Source: Octopus sinensis
Lineage: Eukaryota
Assembly (NCBI RefSeq): GCF_006345805.1
Contig: NW_021835538.1
Location: 1-39,715, forward strand
Length of the DNA: 39,715 nucleotides
Direction of reading: 5' to 3'
Shown here: positions 23,267 to 34,223 of the stretch, piece by piece
Layout of the letters: each line of letters begins with the position of its first letter
Numbering within the stretch: position 1 is the first letter of the stretch
The notes under the pieces: generated by a model
What the model was told of the DNA's origin: nothing
Seen by the model: the letters and a program-made list of their open reading frames with translations, nothing else
Database searches by the model: none
Program-made: the position numbers and the translations under genes

Positions 23267-23781
23267 CTAGCAGCATAGCCCGGCATTGCCCGGGTATGTA
23301 AGAGCCCCTGGAGCAGACATGATGCTCGCTGTGAATTTTTAAAAAATTCCTGCCAATTTGTGAAAGATATAGTCGAAAATATGTCATCTTGAATTTGAAC
23401 GCGATTTCCCAAAATGGCATGATTTTATCGATTTTTTCTGATGGTAAGGTATTGCATGGAAAACTAACGTCAGAATTAAGTTCTTTAGGGTAACATTAAG
23501 ATTCACCATGAGTTTGGTGAAAATCGATTGCAAGTTGCGAAAACTACAACAGAAAATGTGTTGCAAATAAAAAGCTTAGATTCTCGACCCATGTCGAATT
23601 TATCGATTTTTTTTCAGAACTGGGGGAACTTTTCAAAATTTTCGCTGCGTTAGTTTTGAATTATGACATTGGGCTATGTGTGTGTCAAGTTTCATCAGAA
23701 TCGGTTGAAAGCCGTGGTCAGGGTGAGGGCACAACCTGACAGACACACAGACAGACAAACTGCCGTTTATATATAGAGAGA
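23267..23781 (-). mobile_element. Non-autonomous Helitron family B
   Basis: Minus strand 5' TCTCTATATATAAACGGCAG; 3' hairpin CCCGGGCAATGCCGGG then CTATGCTGCTAG|T. Confidence 0.8.
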
Positions 23782-24087
23782 AGAGATAACTATACTGGGC
23801 AGAATAAGAACAACTCAGGGAGGAGACGGGAAATTATATGGTTCACACCCACGTTTTCCCTCCAGGTGAGAAACCTCCCTAAATTACTTTTTAGCATTAT
23901 CGATAGGAACTTCCCACCCGGTCATAAATATCACTCCATGTTTAATAGATCCTGCCTTGAATTATCTTTACTCAACCACACCCAATCTAGGATCTGTAAT
24001 CGCGGCCAACGACAGACTTGAACTTAGAAATAACAGCATTAACAGAGATGAGCATTAACAGAGAACAGCATTAGCTGAGCTTCATAT

Positions 24088-24326
24088 GAAGAAGAAGAAG
24101 AAGAAGAAGAAGAAGAAGAAGAAGAAAGAAGAAGAAGAAGAAGAAGAAGAAAAAGAAGAAGAAGAAGAAGAAGAAGAAGAAAAGAAGAAGAAGAAGAAGA
24201 AGAAGCCTGATATTAGAAATAGAAAGGCTAAACCTGGAAATAAAACAAATAAAACAAATGTAGTTCTCGTAATAGGGAGCTTTGTCCCCTAAAAGGTTTC
24301 TTTTCAAGGAGAAATGTCGTACATAA
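24088..24326 (-). mobile_element. ~120-bp element with (TTC)n tail, copy 1
   Basis: 24206-24326 is the reverse complement of 26430-26548; GAA tract at 24088-24205. Confidence 0.7.
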
Positions 24327-24539
24327 AGTTGAAGTATCAAATCCTTAATGAACCTAAAATGGTTTGCATGGGAAGTACGACTGATTTTAAAATTAGATCT
24401 AGGGCGCATACAAACTCATTTACTAACCACGAGACTAAAAATCGAACCACACTAGCTACCCACATTAATAAATTAAAAATGCACAGCAAAGAATTCAGTC
24501 TAGATTGGTCTAAACGGAAACCACACCTGATAACATACA

Positions 24540-24735
24540 CTGGTTGGTTGGCATCCTTTCTGTCTCGGGAGACAATGGAGTTGCGCATGAAGTAGTCTAG
24601 TCCGGCTTTTATATTTCATGTCCTGATACATTTCCTGCTGTGGCTGTGTAGTCCTATCCTGGACAAACACTCCCTCTGGCAAGTACCGCAAATGTAGCGA
24701 AGACTGTTCCTGGCTATGTTTTTATCTTTTTCAGG
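24540..24735 (-). mobile_element. RTE-clade LINE 3' fragment
   Basis: YICGTCQRECLSRIGLHSHSRKC* terminal zinc finger, then an RTE-like tail ATTGTCTCCCGAGACAGAAAGGATGCCAAC. Confidence 0.75.
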
Positions 24736-25429
24736 TGAATGCGCAAAAAAACACACACACACACTAAAAAATTGCAATTTATGCAGGAAGGAAGCGATCC
24801 CGAAACTCCGTGCCAACAAAAACAGCTTACTTAATAAAATATCTGTAGACATAAATATCTTTCAACGTTTTAAATTCTTCCCCCCCCCCAAATAATTAGC
24901 CTATAGGATCCTAATCTACCCTTCATGTTATGGACTCTTCTTAAAATACCATTATATGCAGTGTCGTACTTATTACGGGTTTCGTCATCTGAGACTAACT
25001 TTCGTGTCTCCCCTCCTCATGGATTCTAATACAGACATTCAAACCTCGCAAGTACATTTTTGTATTTATATTTATGTGTATATATATTTATGAATTTTTT
25101 TTACATGTTTATCCATTTTTATATGTTTGTAAATTTTTATATATTTATGAATTTTTATATATTTCTAAATCTTCGTATTTATATGTGTTTAGGAATTCTT
25201 AAGAATTTTCATCGTGTCTCATACATGTAAACGCATCTATGTCTATTGTATAGTTTGAAGAATTTCGATAACTTGATATGGATTGAATGACTATGAATTC
25301 CGACCTTTGAAATAGGCTTCTCTCTGTCTTAATTATATATTCCTGGAGTTTCATTAGAGCGCTAATTAGTTGAGCTGTATAAAGTGGATAACCAAACCAT
25401 TTATTCCTTCATTATATATACATGATGAT

Positions 25430-25751
25430 GGTACTACTAGCGAACAATGGTCCCGGTGCGCGCACTCGCGTATCCGCGCTAGCTAGTCGTAAATAGTCGA
25501 TCCTACAACGACTTTTTAACTCTAAACCTAATTTTTTAACCCTAACCTTTGTTTATAAAAATAATTTATTTACTTAGTTTAAAAAATTATTCACTTTGCG
25601 TTTTATTTACTTTGTTCGAAAAATATTTAATTTTCTTTGATTTGTATTCAGCCTTGAAATACAAACATAGGCACGAGTCGTTGTAGGATCGACTACTCAC
25701 GACTAGCTAGCGCGAGTGCGCGCACCGGGACCACTGTTCGCTAGTAGTACC
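25430..25751. mobile_element. MITE with ~80-bp TIRs and apparent 9-bp TSD (Mutator-like)
   Basis: TIR GGTACTACTAGCGAACA.TGGTCCCGGTGCGCGCACTCGCG..AGTCGATCCTACAACGACT. CATGATGAT at 25421-25429 and 25752-25760. Confidence 0.75.
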
Positions 25752-26429
25752 CATGATGATGATGATGATGGTTTTTATTCAAAACCGTATATTTACAAAT
25801 TGCTACTCCGAGTTTCGCCTTACCATTTCCTACCTAAATGTATTGAGTACTACTTCGCTTTAATCGCATACACCATCCGGCAGCGAACCAGTTTCTGCTT
25901 AAATATATGCACGTGCGTTTGAATAGAATTCGCCATTGATTGGCGATCGTAAGACCGTATGAAAGAGGGAAGGGGGAGGAAGAGAAATGGGGGTAGGGTG
26001 CGAGAGAGAGAAGAAGAGGGAGAAAGAAAAGAGAGAGAGAGAGAAATATATTTAGTTATGGCGATGTAGTGTTAGAGCAGCGGGAAAGCGGCAAGAGAAG
26101 GTAGAGAAAGTGTCTCAGCGTTTATCTTCTGCCGATAATTATGGCTTTTATCGATGTCAAGGCACGTTCGTTCATCGTTTGGAGCGAACTTGGAACATTT
26201 TTGGTAATTCTAACTCTCAGAAACATGTTAGCACCGCGATATCTATGGCTTGTTTTCTGTGTGGAGTCTTCGCCAGCGGGAATTCTTTCGTAGATATCTG
26301 GCGATGACTGTGTTCTAAAGTTGATCGTTCGATCAATTCTCAACCAAACCACATGGAAAGAACGTGGTTTGGTCGTTAGGGCATTCAGCCCACGATCATC
26401 AGGTCCTGCGTTCAATTCTTGGCGGCGTG

Positions 26430-26581
26430 TTATGTACGACATTTCTCCTTAAAAAGAAACCTTTTAGGGGACAAAGCTCCCTATTACGAGAACTACATGT
26501 TTTATTTGTTTTATTTCCAGGTTTAGCCTTTCTATTTCTAATATCAGGGTTCTTCTTCTTCTTCTTTTCTTCTTCTTCTTC
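26430..26581 (+). mobile_element. ~120-bp element with (TTC)n tail, copy 2
   Basis: Starts TTATGTACGAC at the same boundary as copy 1. Confidence 0.7.
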
Positions 26582-26621
26582 ACTTTGGTCCACTCCACTC
26601 AGCTGGCAAAAATGAGTGGCT

Positions 26622-27010
26622 GTGTGGCAAGAAGCTTACTTCCCAACCATATGGTTCCGGGTTCAGTCCCGCTGCGTGACACCTTGCGCAAGTGCCTTCT
26701 GCTATAGCCTCAGGCCGGCCAAAGCCTTGTGAGGGGATTTGGTAGATGGAAACTGAAAGAAGCCTATCATATATATATTTATGTATGTATATATCTATGT
26801 GTGTGTATCTGTGTTTCTCCTACCCATTACTACTTGGCAACCGGTGTTGGTGTGTTTATGTCCCCGTAACTTAGCGGTCCGGCAAAAAAGACTGATAGAA
26901 TAAATACCAGTCTTAAAAAATAAGTACTGTGGTTGATTCATTCGACTAAAAATTCAAGGCGGTGCTGCAGCATGGCCGCAATCCAATGGCTGAAAGAAGA
27001 AAATGAATAA
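26622..27010 (+). mobile_element. SINE-A, older subfamily
   Basis: GAGTGGCTGTGTGGCAAG head through GGTGCTGCAGCATGGCCGCA tail. Confidence 0.8.
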
Positions 27011-27149
27011 AAGCTAAAAGTTATAATTCCAAAGGCCAGCCTTGTCCCATTCCGTGTCACCGTGTGAACTACGTTAAGGGCACACGTGTCTGTGGAGTAC
27101 TCAGCCACTTGGACGAGTCGGCTGTTCCGTTGATCGGATCAACTGGAAT

Positions 27150-27310
27150 GCCAGGGCGGCAAGCTGGCAGAGTGGTTATGTTCTGAGTTCAAATTCCGCC
27201 GAGGTCCACTTTGCCTTTAGTCCTTTCGGGTTCGATAAATTAAGTAGCAGTTGCGTACTGGGGTCGATCTAATCGACTGGGCCCCTCCTCCAAAATTTCG
27301 AGCTGTGTGC
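27150..27310 (+). mobile_element. SINE-B with internal deletion
   Basis: GGCGGCAAGCTGGCAGAG..GAGTTCAAATTCCGCCGAGGTC. Confidence 0.7.
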
Positions 27311-27419
27311 CTTTTTTTTTTTTTTTTTATTGTATTTTCTTTCCGAACGCAACGTAAGCAAGTTCCATGTTTGTGGCCGAAGCCGTAGAAAGACTTCGCG
27401 ATTCTATCGATGCCTGCAG

Positions 27420-27666
27420 CTGTTTTATTCTTTTATACTTTTATTCTTTTACTTGTTTCATTCATTTAACTGCGGCCATGCTGGAGCACCGCTTTTTAGT
27501 CTAGCAAATCGATCCCAGGACTTATTTTTTGTAAGCGTAGAACTTATTCTATCGGGCTCTTTTGCCAAACCGCTAATTTACGTGGACACAGCAACATCGG
27601 CTTTCAAGCGATGGTGGAGGGACACACAGATACACACACACACTCACACACATACACACACACTCA

Positions 27667-27737
<71 letters not shown>

Positions 27738-27900
27738 GACAGGCTTCTTTCAGTTTCCGTCTACCAAATCCACTCACAAGGCTTTGGTCAGCCCGAGGCT
27801 ATAGTAGAAGACACTTGCCCAAGGTGCCACGCAGTGGGACTGAACCGGAACCATGTGGTTGGTAAGCAAGATTCTTACCATACAGCCACGCATGTGCCTA
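27420..27900 (-). mobile_element. SINE-A, diverged
   Basis: Reverse-complement head, CORE-like segment and tail. Confidence 0.8.
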
Positions 27901-28029
27901 TAGACAGAAGGATTTTATTGTTGCTTGCAGTTGTTTAGCCACGGTCATTTGGTGTTGAGGGTTCAAATCTCAATGATTGCAAGAAATTAGGCTTTTCTTG
28001 TCTTTGAAATCGATGAAAATATTTCTTCT

Positions 28030-28370
28030 TCTGTCTTATTTGTTTCAGTTACTGGACTGCGGCCATGCTAGGGCAACGTCCTTGAAGGATTTTAGTCGAT
28101 CGAATCGACCCTAGTACTTATCTATTTTAAAACCTGCTACATAATCTATTCATCTCTTTTTGCTGAACAGGTAAGTTCTGGGGACGTAAACAAACCAATA
28201 CCGGTTGTCAAGAAGTGGTGGGGATAAATTCACACACACACACACACACACATAGAAGCCGGCTCGAAAATGTACCACAAGACACTTGTCACCATGCAGT
28301 GGGACTGAACCCGCAACCATGTGGCTGGGAAGCAAACTTCTTACCACACAGCTACGCCTGCGTGTTCCAT
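28030..28370 (-). mobile_element. SINE-A, older and internally deleted
   Basis: Tail TTTCAGT..GACTGCGGCCATGCT and head GGGACTGAACCC..CTTACCACACAGC. Confidence 0.7.
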
Positions 28371-28796
28371 GTTCGAAGTTCGACTTGGATTGTCACCTCC
28401 CTGTCACAGATAAAATAAGTGGCAAATATGTACCCGACGCTATTTAGTGGCGGCCATTCATGCTCTGAGTTCAAATCCCACTCGGGGCATCGATCTGGCT
28501 TTTCAGCTCCAGCGATCGATAAAATATATGCCTGATATATATATATTGAAGATCGATAGAATTAATCGTACCGACCGTTTATAAATTCCTGGCCATTTGC
28601 CAAACTTAACGATCGATATTCTTATTATTATTATAATGATATTCGTGTAAGGATATCGAAACGTGTAACTTAAACTCTTCCTGCCACTCTTTGGTTAACG
28701 TAGTATAGTTATCCTCCTCCTTCCCCCCCCCCGCTCTAAATAAGTCGCACCTCACACTGCCTCTCACAGCAACCACCTCTCTGATGGAATTAAAAA

Positions 28797-28840
<44 letters not shown>

Positions 28841-28849
28841 ATATATATC

Positions 28850-29247
28850 TTTCTTTTTCTTTTTTCTTGTTTCAGTCATTTTGACTGCGGCCATGCTGGA
28901 GCACCGCCTTTAATCGAGCAACTCGACCCCGGGACTTATTCTTTGTATGCCCAGTACTTATTCTATCGGTCTCTTTTGCCGAACCGCTAAGTGACGGGGA
29001 CATAAACACACCAGTATCGGTTGTCAAGCAATGCTAGGGGGACAAACACAGACACACAAACACACATATATATACACACATATATACGACAGGCTTCTTT
29101 CAGTTTCCGTCTACCAAATCCACTCACAAGGCATTGGTTGGCCCGGGGCTATAGCAGAAGACACTTGCCCAAGATGCCACGCAGTGGGACTGAACCCAGA
29201 ACCATGCGGTTGGTTAGCAAGCTACTTACCACACGGCCACTCCTGCG

Positions 29248-29250
<3 letters not shown>
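28850..29250 (-). mobile_element. SINE-A, full-length
   Basis: Near-identical to 12380-12833. Confidence 0.9.
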
Positions 29251-29343
<93 letters not shown>

Positions 29344-29570
29344 GGGCGGCGAGCTGGCAGACACGTTAGCGCGCCGGGCGATGCTTGCGGTATTTCGTCT
29401 GTCGTTACGTTGTGAGTTCGAATTCCGCCGAGGTCGACTTTGCCTTTCATCCTTTCAGGGTCGATAAATAAAGTACCAGCTTCACACTGGGGTCGATGTA
29501 ATCGACTTAATCCCTTCGTCTGTCCTTGTTTGTCCCCTCTATGTTTAGCCCCTTGTGGGTAATAAAGAAA
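29344..29570 (+). mobile_element. SINE-B with alternative 3' tail
   Basis: SINE-B head and body, but tail GTCCTTGTTTGTCCCCTCTATGTTTAGCCCCTTGTGGGTAATAAAGAAAT. Confidence 0.8.
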
Positions 29571-29709
29571 TATATGTATGTGTGTGTATATATATATATA
29601 TAATATATATATATATATATACATACATACACACACGTTGTGAGTGTGTGTATGTATATATATATATATATATATACATATACACACACACACACATACA
29701 TATGTGATG

Positions 29710-30065
29710 TAGCTGTGTGGTAAGAAGCTTGTTTCTCAGCCACATGATTCCGGGTTCGGTCCCATTGCGTGCCACCTTGGGCCTTCTACAATAGCTTCGG
29801 GCCGGATGTAGTAGGTGGAAACTGAATGAAGCCCGTCTCGTGTGTGTGGAGCCCGTCTCGTGTGTGTTTCTGTTTGTCCCTCACCACCGCTTGATAACTG
29901 GTGTTGGTTTGTTTACATCCCCGAGACTTAGCTATTCTGCTAAAAGAGACCGTTAGTATAAACTCCCCAGTTTTAGAGAAAAGGTACAGGGTTGGGGTCT
30001 GATTTGTTCGACTAAACCCTTTCTGGCGGTGCTCCAGTATGGCTGCAGTCACATGACTAAAACAA
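29710..30065 (+). mobile_element. SINE-A, diverged
   Basis: TAGCTGTGTGGTAAG head, GGTGCTCCAGTATGGCTGCAGTC tail. Confidence 0.75.
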
Positions 30066-30330
30066 GCAAAACATAAATGATTTATATAATGACAAATAAA
30101 AAAAACCCAACTACCCTGGGGTGGGGAGTAGGGTATTTCTCTTGTACTAATATACGAGTGTGATAGAGTGGAGGAACAGGTAGTGTATCATTTTGCGATC
30201 TGAGTTCGGATCCTCTTAGGGCTACACATTTTTTGTCCTTCCAGGGTCGTTTAAATATGTCAGTGTTACCTGATGTTTGATTCAGTAGACTGCGTTTACA
30301 CAGGACCGTGTGTACCTGAGACTGTACATA

Positions 30331-31245
30331 CGAGGGTTGGACAAAATAATGGAAACCCCTTAAATTTCAAACAAATTATTTTAATATGGAGTAGGACCGC
30401 CCTTGGCAGTAATTACAGCTTGAATTCTACGAGGTATGGACTTGTAAAAAGTTTGAATTGTTTCCAAAGGAATTTTTGTCCATTCTTCAGCTAAAATAAT
30501 CTCCAGTTCTTGTAGTGATGATGGTGGAGGATATCGACTCCTTACTTGTTTTTCTAAAATACACCATAAATGTTCGATAATATTAAGATATGGGGACTGT
30601 GGTGGCCAGATAAGATGTTCAACTTCACTAGAATGTTCCTCGTGCCATTCAGTAACAACTTTAGCTGTGTGAATTGGTGCATTATCATTCTGAAAGATAA
30701 AGTTTCCCTCTGGAAACAGGTCTGCAACCATAGGACGAATTTGATCAGATAAAATGCTTAAATAGTCTTGACTATTAATTCTACTTTGAAGGGAAACCAT
30801 TGGGCCAGCAGATTTCCAAGATATAGCCCCCTCCCCTCAGATCATCACAGATCCTCCTCCATGTTTAACAGTTGGAAAAAGGTAGTCTGGGTCAAATGCT
30901 TCTTTTGACTGTTTCCACACGTGTACTCAGTCGGTGGTCGAAAATAAGGTAAAGGATGATTCGTCCGAGAAAATAACATTCTTCTACTGCTCTAGGGACC
31001 AATTCTGTAGGTTTTTACTCCACTCTAAACGCTTTGCAGCGTTTGTTTTTGAAAGTAGTGGTTTTCTGATTGCAGCCCTCTCGTGAAATCCAGCTTTGTG
31101 CAGCTCCTAGCAAACAGTTTTTGTGGAAACTAGGTTCTTGAGGTGGTCATTAAGCTCTGCAGTGATTTTTGGGAGCTGTACTTTTGTGATCCCTTCTAAC
31201 AATTCACGTAAGAGTCCAACAGTCCCCATCTGAAAGTTTTGTAAC
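30331..31245 (-). mobile_element. Tc1-family transposon remnant (DD34E domain plus one TIR)
   Basis: ORF 30800-30381 FQNDNAPIH..WPPQSPYLNIIEHLW..IPRRIQAVITAKGGPTPY*. Upstream broken frame AIRKPLLS..VIFSDES..VKHGGGSVM. TA|CGAGGGTTGGACAAAATAATGGAAAC terminus at 30329-30356. Confidence 0.9.
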
Positions 31246-31554
31246 GGCTCTTCAAGGCGGTGCTCCAGCGTGGCCACAGTCAAATGACTGAAACAAGTAA
31301 AATATAAAAATGGCCAAATGGATTTGAAAGAGAGAGTAGTGGGCAAAGGAGTAAATGTGTGTTTAGTTACCTTCGATTTCCGTCTTTGATTAAATACAGT
31401 TAGAAATTAAAAGCCGCACCTTTTGAGTTTACCTTCAAGAACAGAAAATCCTCTTCAGTTGCTTGGAATGACAGAAAATAAAAGTGTTGGCGGCAAACAC
31501 AGTGGTGCCTCGCAGAGTTTAATTCGTTCCATCGCCGAGTTCGTCTTAAGATTT

Positions 31555-31729
31555 ACTCCAGTTCTATATTTAAGAGATGAGGAATTATGTACATTATTTA
31601 CATTTGACGGATATTTGTCCTCATCTTGTTTGTTGTTAACACAACGTTTCGCCTGATATACCCTCCAGCCTTCTTCAGGTGTCTTCGGGAAATTTCGAAC
31701 TTGGGTTCTCATTCCTAAGGTATTTTTCG

Positions 31730-31792
<63 letters not shown>

Positions 31793-31863
31793 TCACTGCC
31801 TGGAATCGAACTCGGAATCTTGGGGTTAGTAGCCCGCACTCTTAACCACTGTGCCATATGCCC
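31555..31863 (-). mobile_element. tRNA-headed SINE with (TAA)n spacer and hammerhead-bearing Penelope-like tail, full-length arm
   Basis: Minus strand GGGCATATGGCACAGTGGTTAAG (A-box) ..GAGTTCGATTCC (B-box), (AAT)n, then the tail matching 7342-7476. Confidence 0.8.
31638..31683 (-). ncRNA. Minimal hammerhead motif, CUGAAGA variant
   Basis: GACAC-CTGAAGA-A-GGCTG..CAGGC-GAAACGTT-GTGTT; one mismatch in stem II. Confidence 0.5.
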
Positions 31864-31864
31864 G

Positions 31865-32066
31865 TGGCGTAGTGGTTAAGAGCGCAGGCTACTAACCCTA
31901 AGATTCCGCGTTCGATTCCAGGCAGTGATTTGAATAATAATAATATTGAATAATACCTTGGGTTCGAAATTTCCCCAAGACACCTGATGAAGGCTGGAGG
32001 GTACATCAGCCGAAACGTTGTGTTAACAACAAACAAGATGAGGACAAATATCCGTCAAATGTAAAT
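31865..32066 (+). mobile_element. Inverted second arm of the same SINE, lacking the first ~8 nt
   Basis: About 90% identical to the reverse complement of 31596-31856; 8-nt spacer TATGCCCG. Confidence 0.8.
31979..32024 (+). ncRNA. Minimal type-I hammerhead ribozyme motif
   Basis: GACAC-CTGATGA-A-GGCTG-GAGGGTACAT-CAGCC-GAAA-CGTT-GTGTT. Confidence 0.65.
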
Positions 32067-32214
32067 TACGATTTACTTGTTTTAAAAATCAATTTTTCCC
32101 ATTGAAATTAACTAAAACATAATTAATCTGTTGCAGCCCCACCAAAACCACTCAAAAATAATATTTTATGGGTTTTAAAACAGAAAAGGTGTAGTTACAA
32201 GTAAAATGACAATT

Positions 32215-32668
32215 AATAATAATAATGTTCGTCCTTCGGGTTCGAAGATGACCATTGACATTATTTGGTGGAATTGCTGCTATGAGACCGGAGGTGGCTG
32301 GTGAGGCCAATCCGGGCAAGAAAGCCCCTCCCACAGGTGGGGCAGAAGTGGGTAGGGTCTGTGCTATTGGTGCAGGTGGCTCTGGCTTTCCGCATCTGGC
32401 GTTTCTGTTCTGCTGACTGAATCCGTCTCTCCTCGGCTGTCCCTGCTCCTACGGTGATTGCGCTGCGCCAGGATGAGCGGTCGGCAGCAAGTGTCTCCCA
32501 AGTCTCTGTGTCGGTGGAGAAGTCCTTGAGAGAGACTTTGAGACTGTCCTTGAAGCGCTTCTTCTACCCTCCGACTTTGCGTTTGCCCTGGCTGAGTTCA
32601 CCGTAGAAGAGCTGTTTTGGGATGCGAGTGTCGGACATGCGGGAGACGTGGCCTGCCCATCTCAAGTA
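32215..32668 (-). mobile_element. RTE (BovB-like) LINE 3' fragment
   Basis: [75 protein letters not shown], then tail GTCATCTTCGAACCCGAAGGACGAAC(ATT)n. Confidence 0.9.
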
Positions 32669-32959
32669 AGAGAATGCAAAAGAAAATATGTCAACTGGTT
32701 TTATTAACTGAATTACCTGAAAGATGGGACCATTTGTGAGCTCCTACTGTGAATGGCTGTATTCTATTGTCAATCAATTTTCATTAATTTAAACACCAGT
32801 GTTGTCTCCCCTTGCCTTGACTTAATCATTCAGATAATTACTTCTTCTCACTAGCCAACATTAAGCGGGTAATTACGATTAATTAAAATATTCTCGGTTC
32901 ACTTCATTCAGTATATTAGCATATATACTTTATCATACGTAAAAAAAAGACGATTAGTG

Positions 32960-33500
32960 GATGTATGTGTGGATATCTGTGTGTGTGTGCATGTGAATGG
33001 GTGTATATGTATGTGTGGATATCTGTGTGTGTGCATGTGAATGGGTGTATATGTATGTGTGGATATCTGTGTGTGTGCATGTGAATGGGTGTATATGTAT
33101 GTGTGGATATCTGTGTGTGTGCATGTGAATGGGTGTATATGTATGTGTGGATATCTGTGTGTGTGCATGTGAATGGGTGTATATGTATGTGTGGATATCT
33201 GTGTGTGTGCATGTGAATGGGTGTATATGTATGTATGTGTGGATATCTGTGTGTGTGCATGTGAAGGGTGTATATGTATGTGTGGATATCTGTGTGTGTT
33301 GCATGTGAATGGGTGTATATGTATGTGTGGATATCTGTGTGTGTGCATGTGAATGGGTGTATATGTATGTGTGGATATCTGTGTGTGTGCATGTGAATGG
33401 GTGTATATGTATGTGTGGATATCTGTGTGTGTGCATGTGAATGGGTGTATATGTATGTGTGGATATCTGTGTGTGTGCATGTGAATGGGTGTATATGTAT
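32960..33500 (+). repeat. 44-bp minisatellite, about 12 near-identical units
   Basis: Unit GTGTATATGTATGTGTGGATATCTGTGTGTGTGCATGTGAATGG; the 44-aa periodicity of the ORF track equals three units. Confidence 0.95.
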
Positions 33501-33778
33501 AAGAATGAGTAAATATTCAAAATAATTACTCGTAAAGATGTTATTATTATTATTATTATCTGTGGCAAATCTAAATAATTGGTGATAACAATAACATTAG
33601 TGGCAGCAAGCGATGTTAGCAGTAAATAGCTATGCAATAAACTCTTAATTATAATCGAGAGTACACGAATTAACCACTACTCTCACTGAAAATATGTAAC
33701 GGACCAACAGAAATTGCGCAAACGAGTGGAATTTAGCTGAGATAATGTTAAAGCTGGTGCTTCGTGTATCCTCTAATA

Positions 33779-34156
33779 TCTTTATATATAAAAGAGAAGT
33801 TGTGTGTCTGTCTCCTACGATTTAGATTCCTAACTACTCCCACATTTTGCGGTGCAGTTTAACCAAAACCGGGTATCTTACAGTCGTGATTCATATCGAG
33901 CCCTTCTGGGTACGATGAGTCTACGATTTTAAAAATAATTTACCATCATTTTTTTCCATTTTAATGCATTTTTTTAATATAAGGGAAGTAACTCTCTAAA
34001 AATGTCTACGATGAGTCAACGATTTAAAAAAAAATTTACCATCATTTTTTTTCCATTTTTAATGCATTTTTTTGCTATTTTTTGGCTATAACTCTCTAAA
34101 AATGCTTTATAGTTATTTCCCTTACAAACCCGAGCAACGCCGGGCGATACTGCTAG
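33779..34156 (+). mobile_element. Non-autonomous Helitron family A, intact termini
   Basis: A|TCTTTATATATAAAAG ... hairpin CCCGAGCAACGCCGGG, CGATACTGCTAG|T. Confidence 0.85.
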
Positions 34157-34223
34157 TAATTAATAATTTAGTGTATATATATATATATATATATATAGAT
34201 CTTTATTTGTGAATTAAAGCTAC

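Larger units (their letters stand above)
22835..24860 (+). mobile_element. Degenerate Penelope-like element (RT thumb, linker, GIY-YIG), interrupted by three insertions
   Basis: Frames read DVTLNVDKGLFCPYH.PNKAIKYIHTLSNHPP, NEKIF..LYNTPLKDCGF, RRREIIWFTPTFS..IDRNFPPGHKYHSMFNR, MGSTTDFKIRSRAHTNSF..TLATHINKLK, CNLCRKE..SLLNK. Confidence 0.8.
26355..27150 (+). mobile_element. SINE-C split by two nested insertions
   Basis: Head 26355-26429, body 26582-26620, tail part 27020-27150 (AAAGGCCAGCCTTGTC..GGCTGTTCCGTTGATCGG). Confidence 0.65.

Noticed and set aside
26110-26307. ORF containing DNYGFYRCQG, resembling an Ig-domain F strand
   Set aside because: No upstream B-strand Cys or C-strand Trp, and weak splice signals.
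32908-33637. His/Thr/Ile-rich 150-227 aa ORFs, or a CRISPR-like array
   Set aside because: A 44-bp minisatellite with no unique spacers, in eukaryotic DNA.
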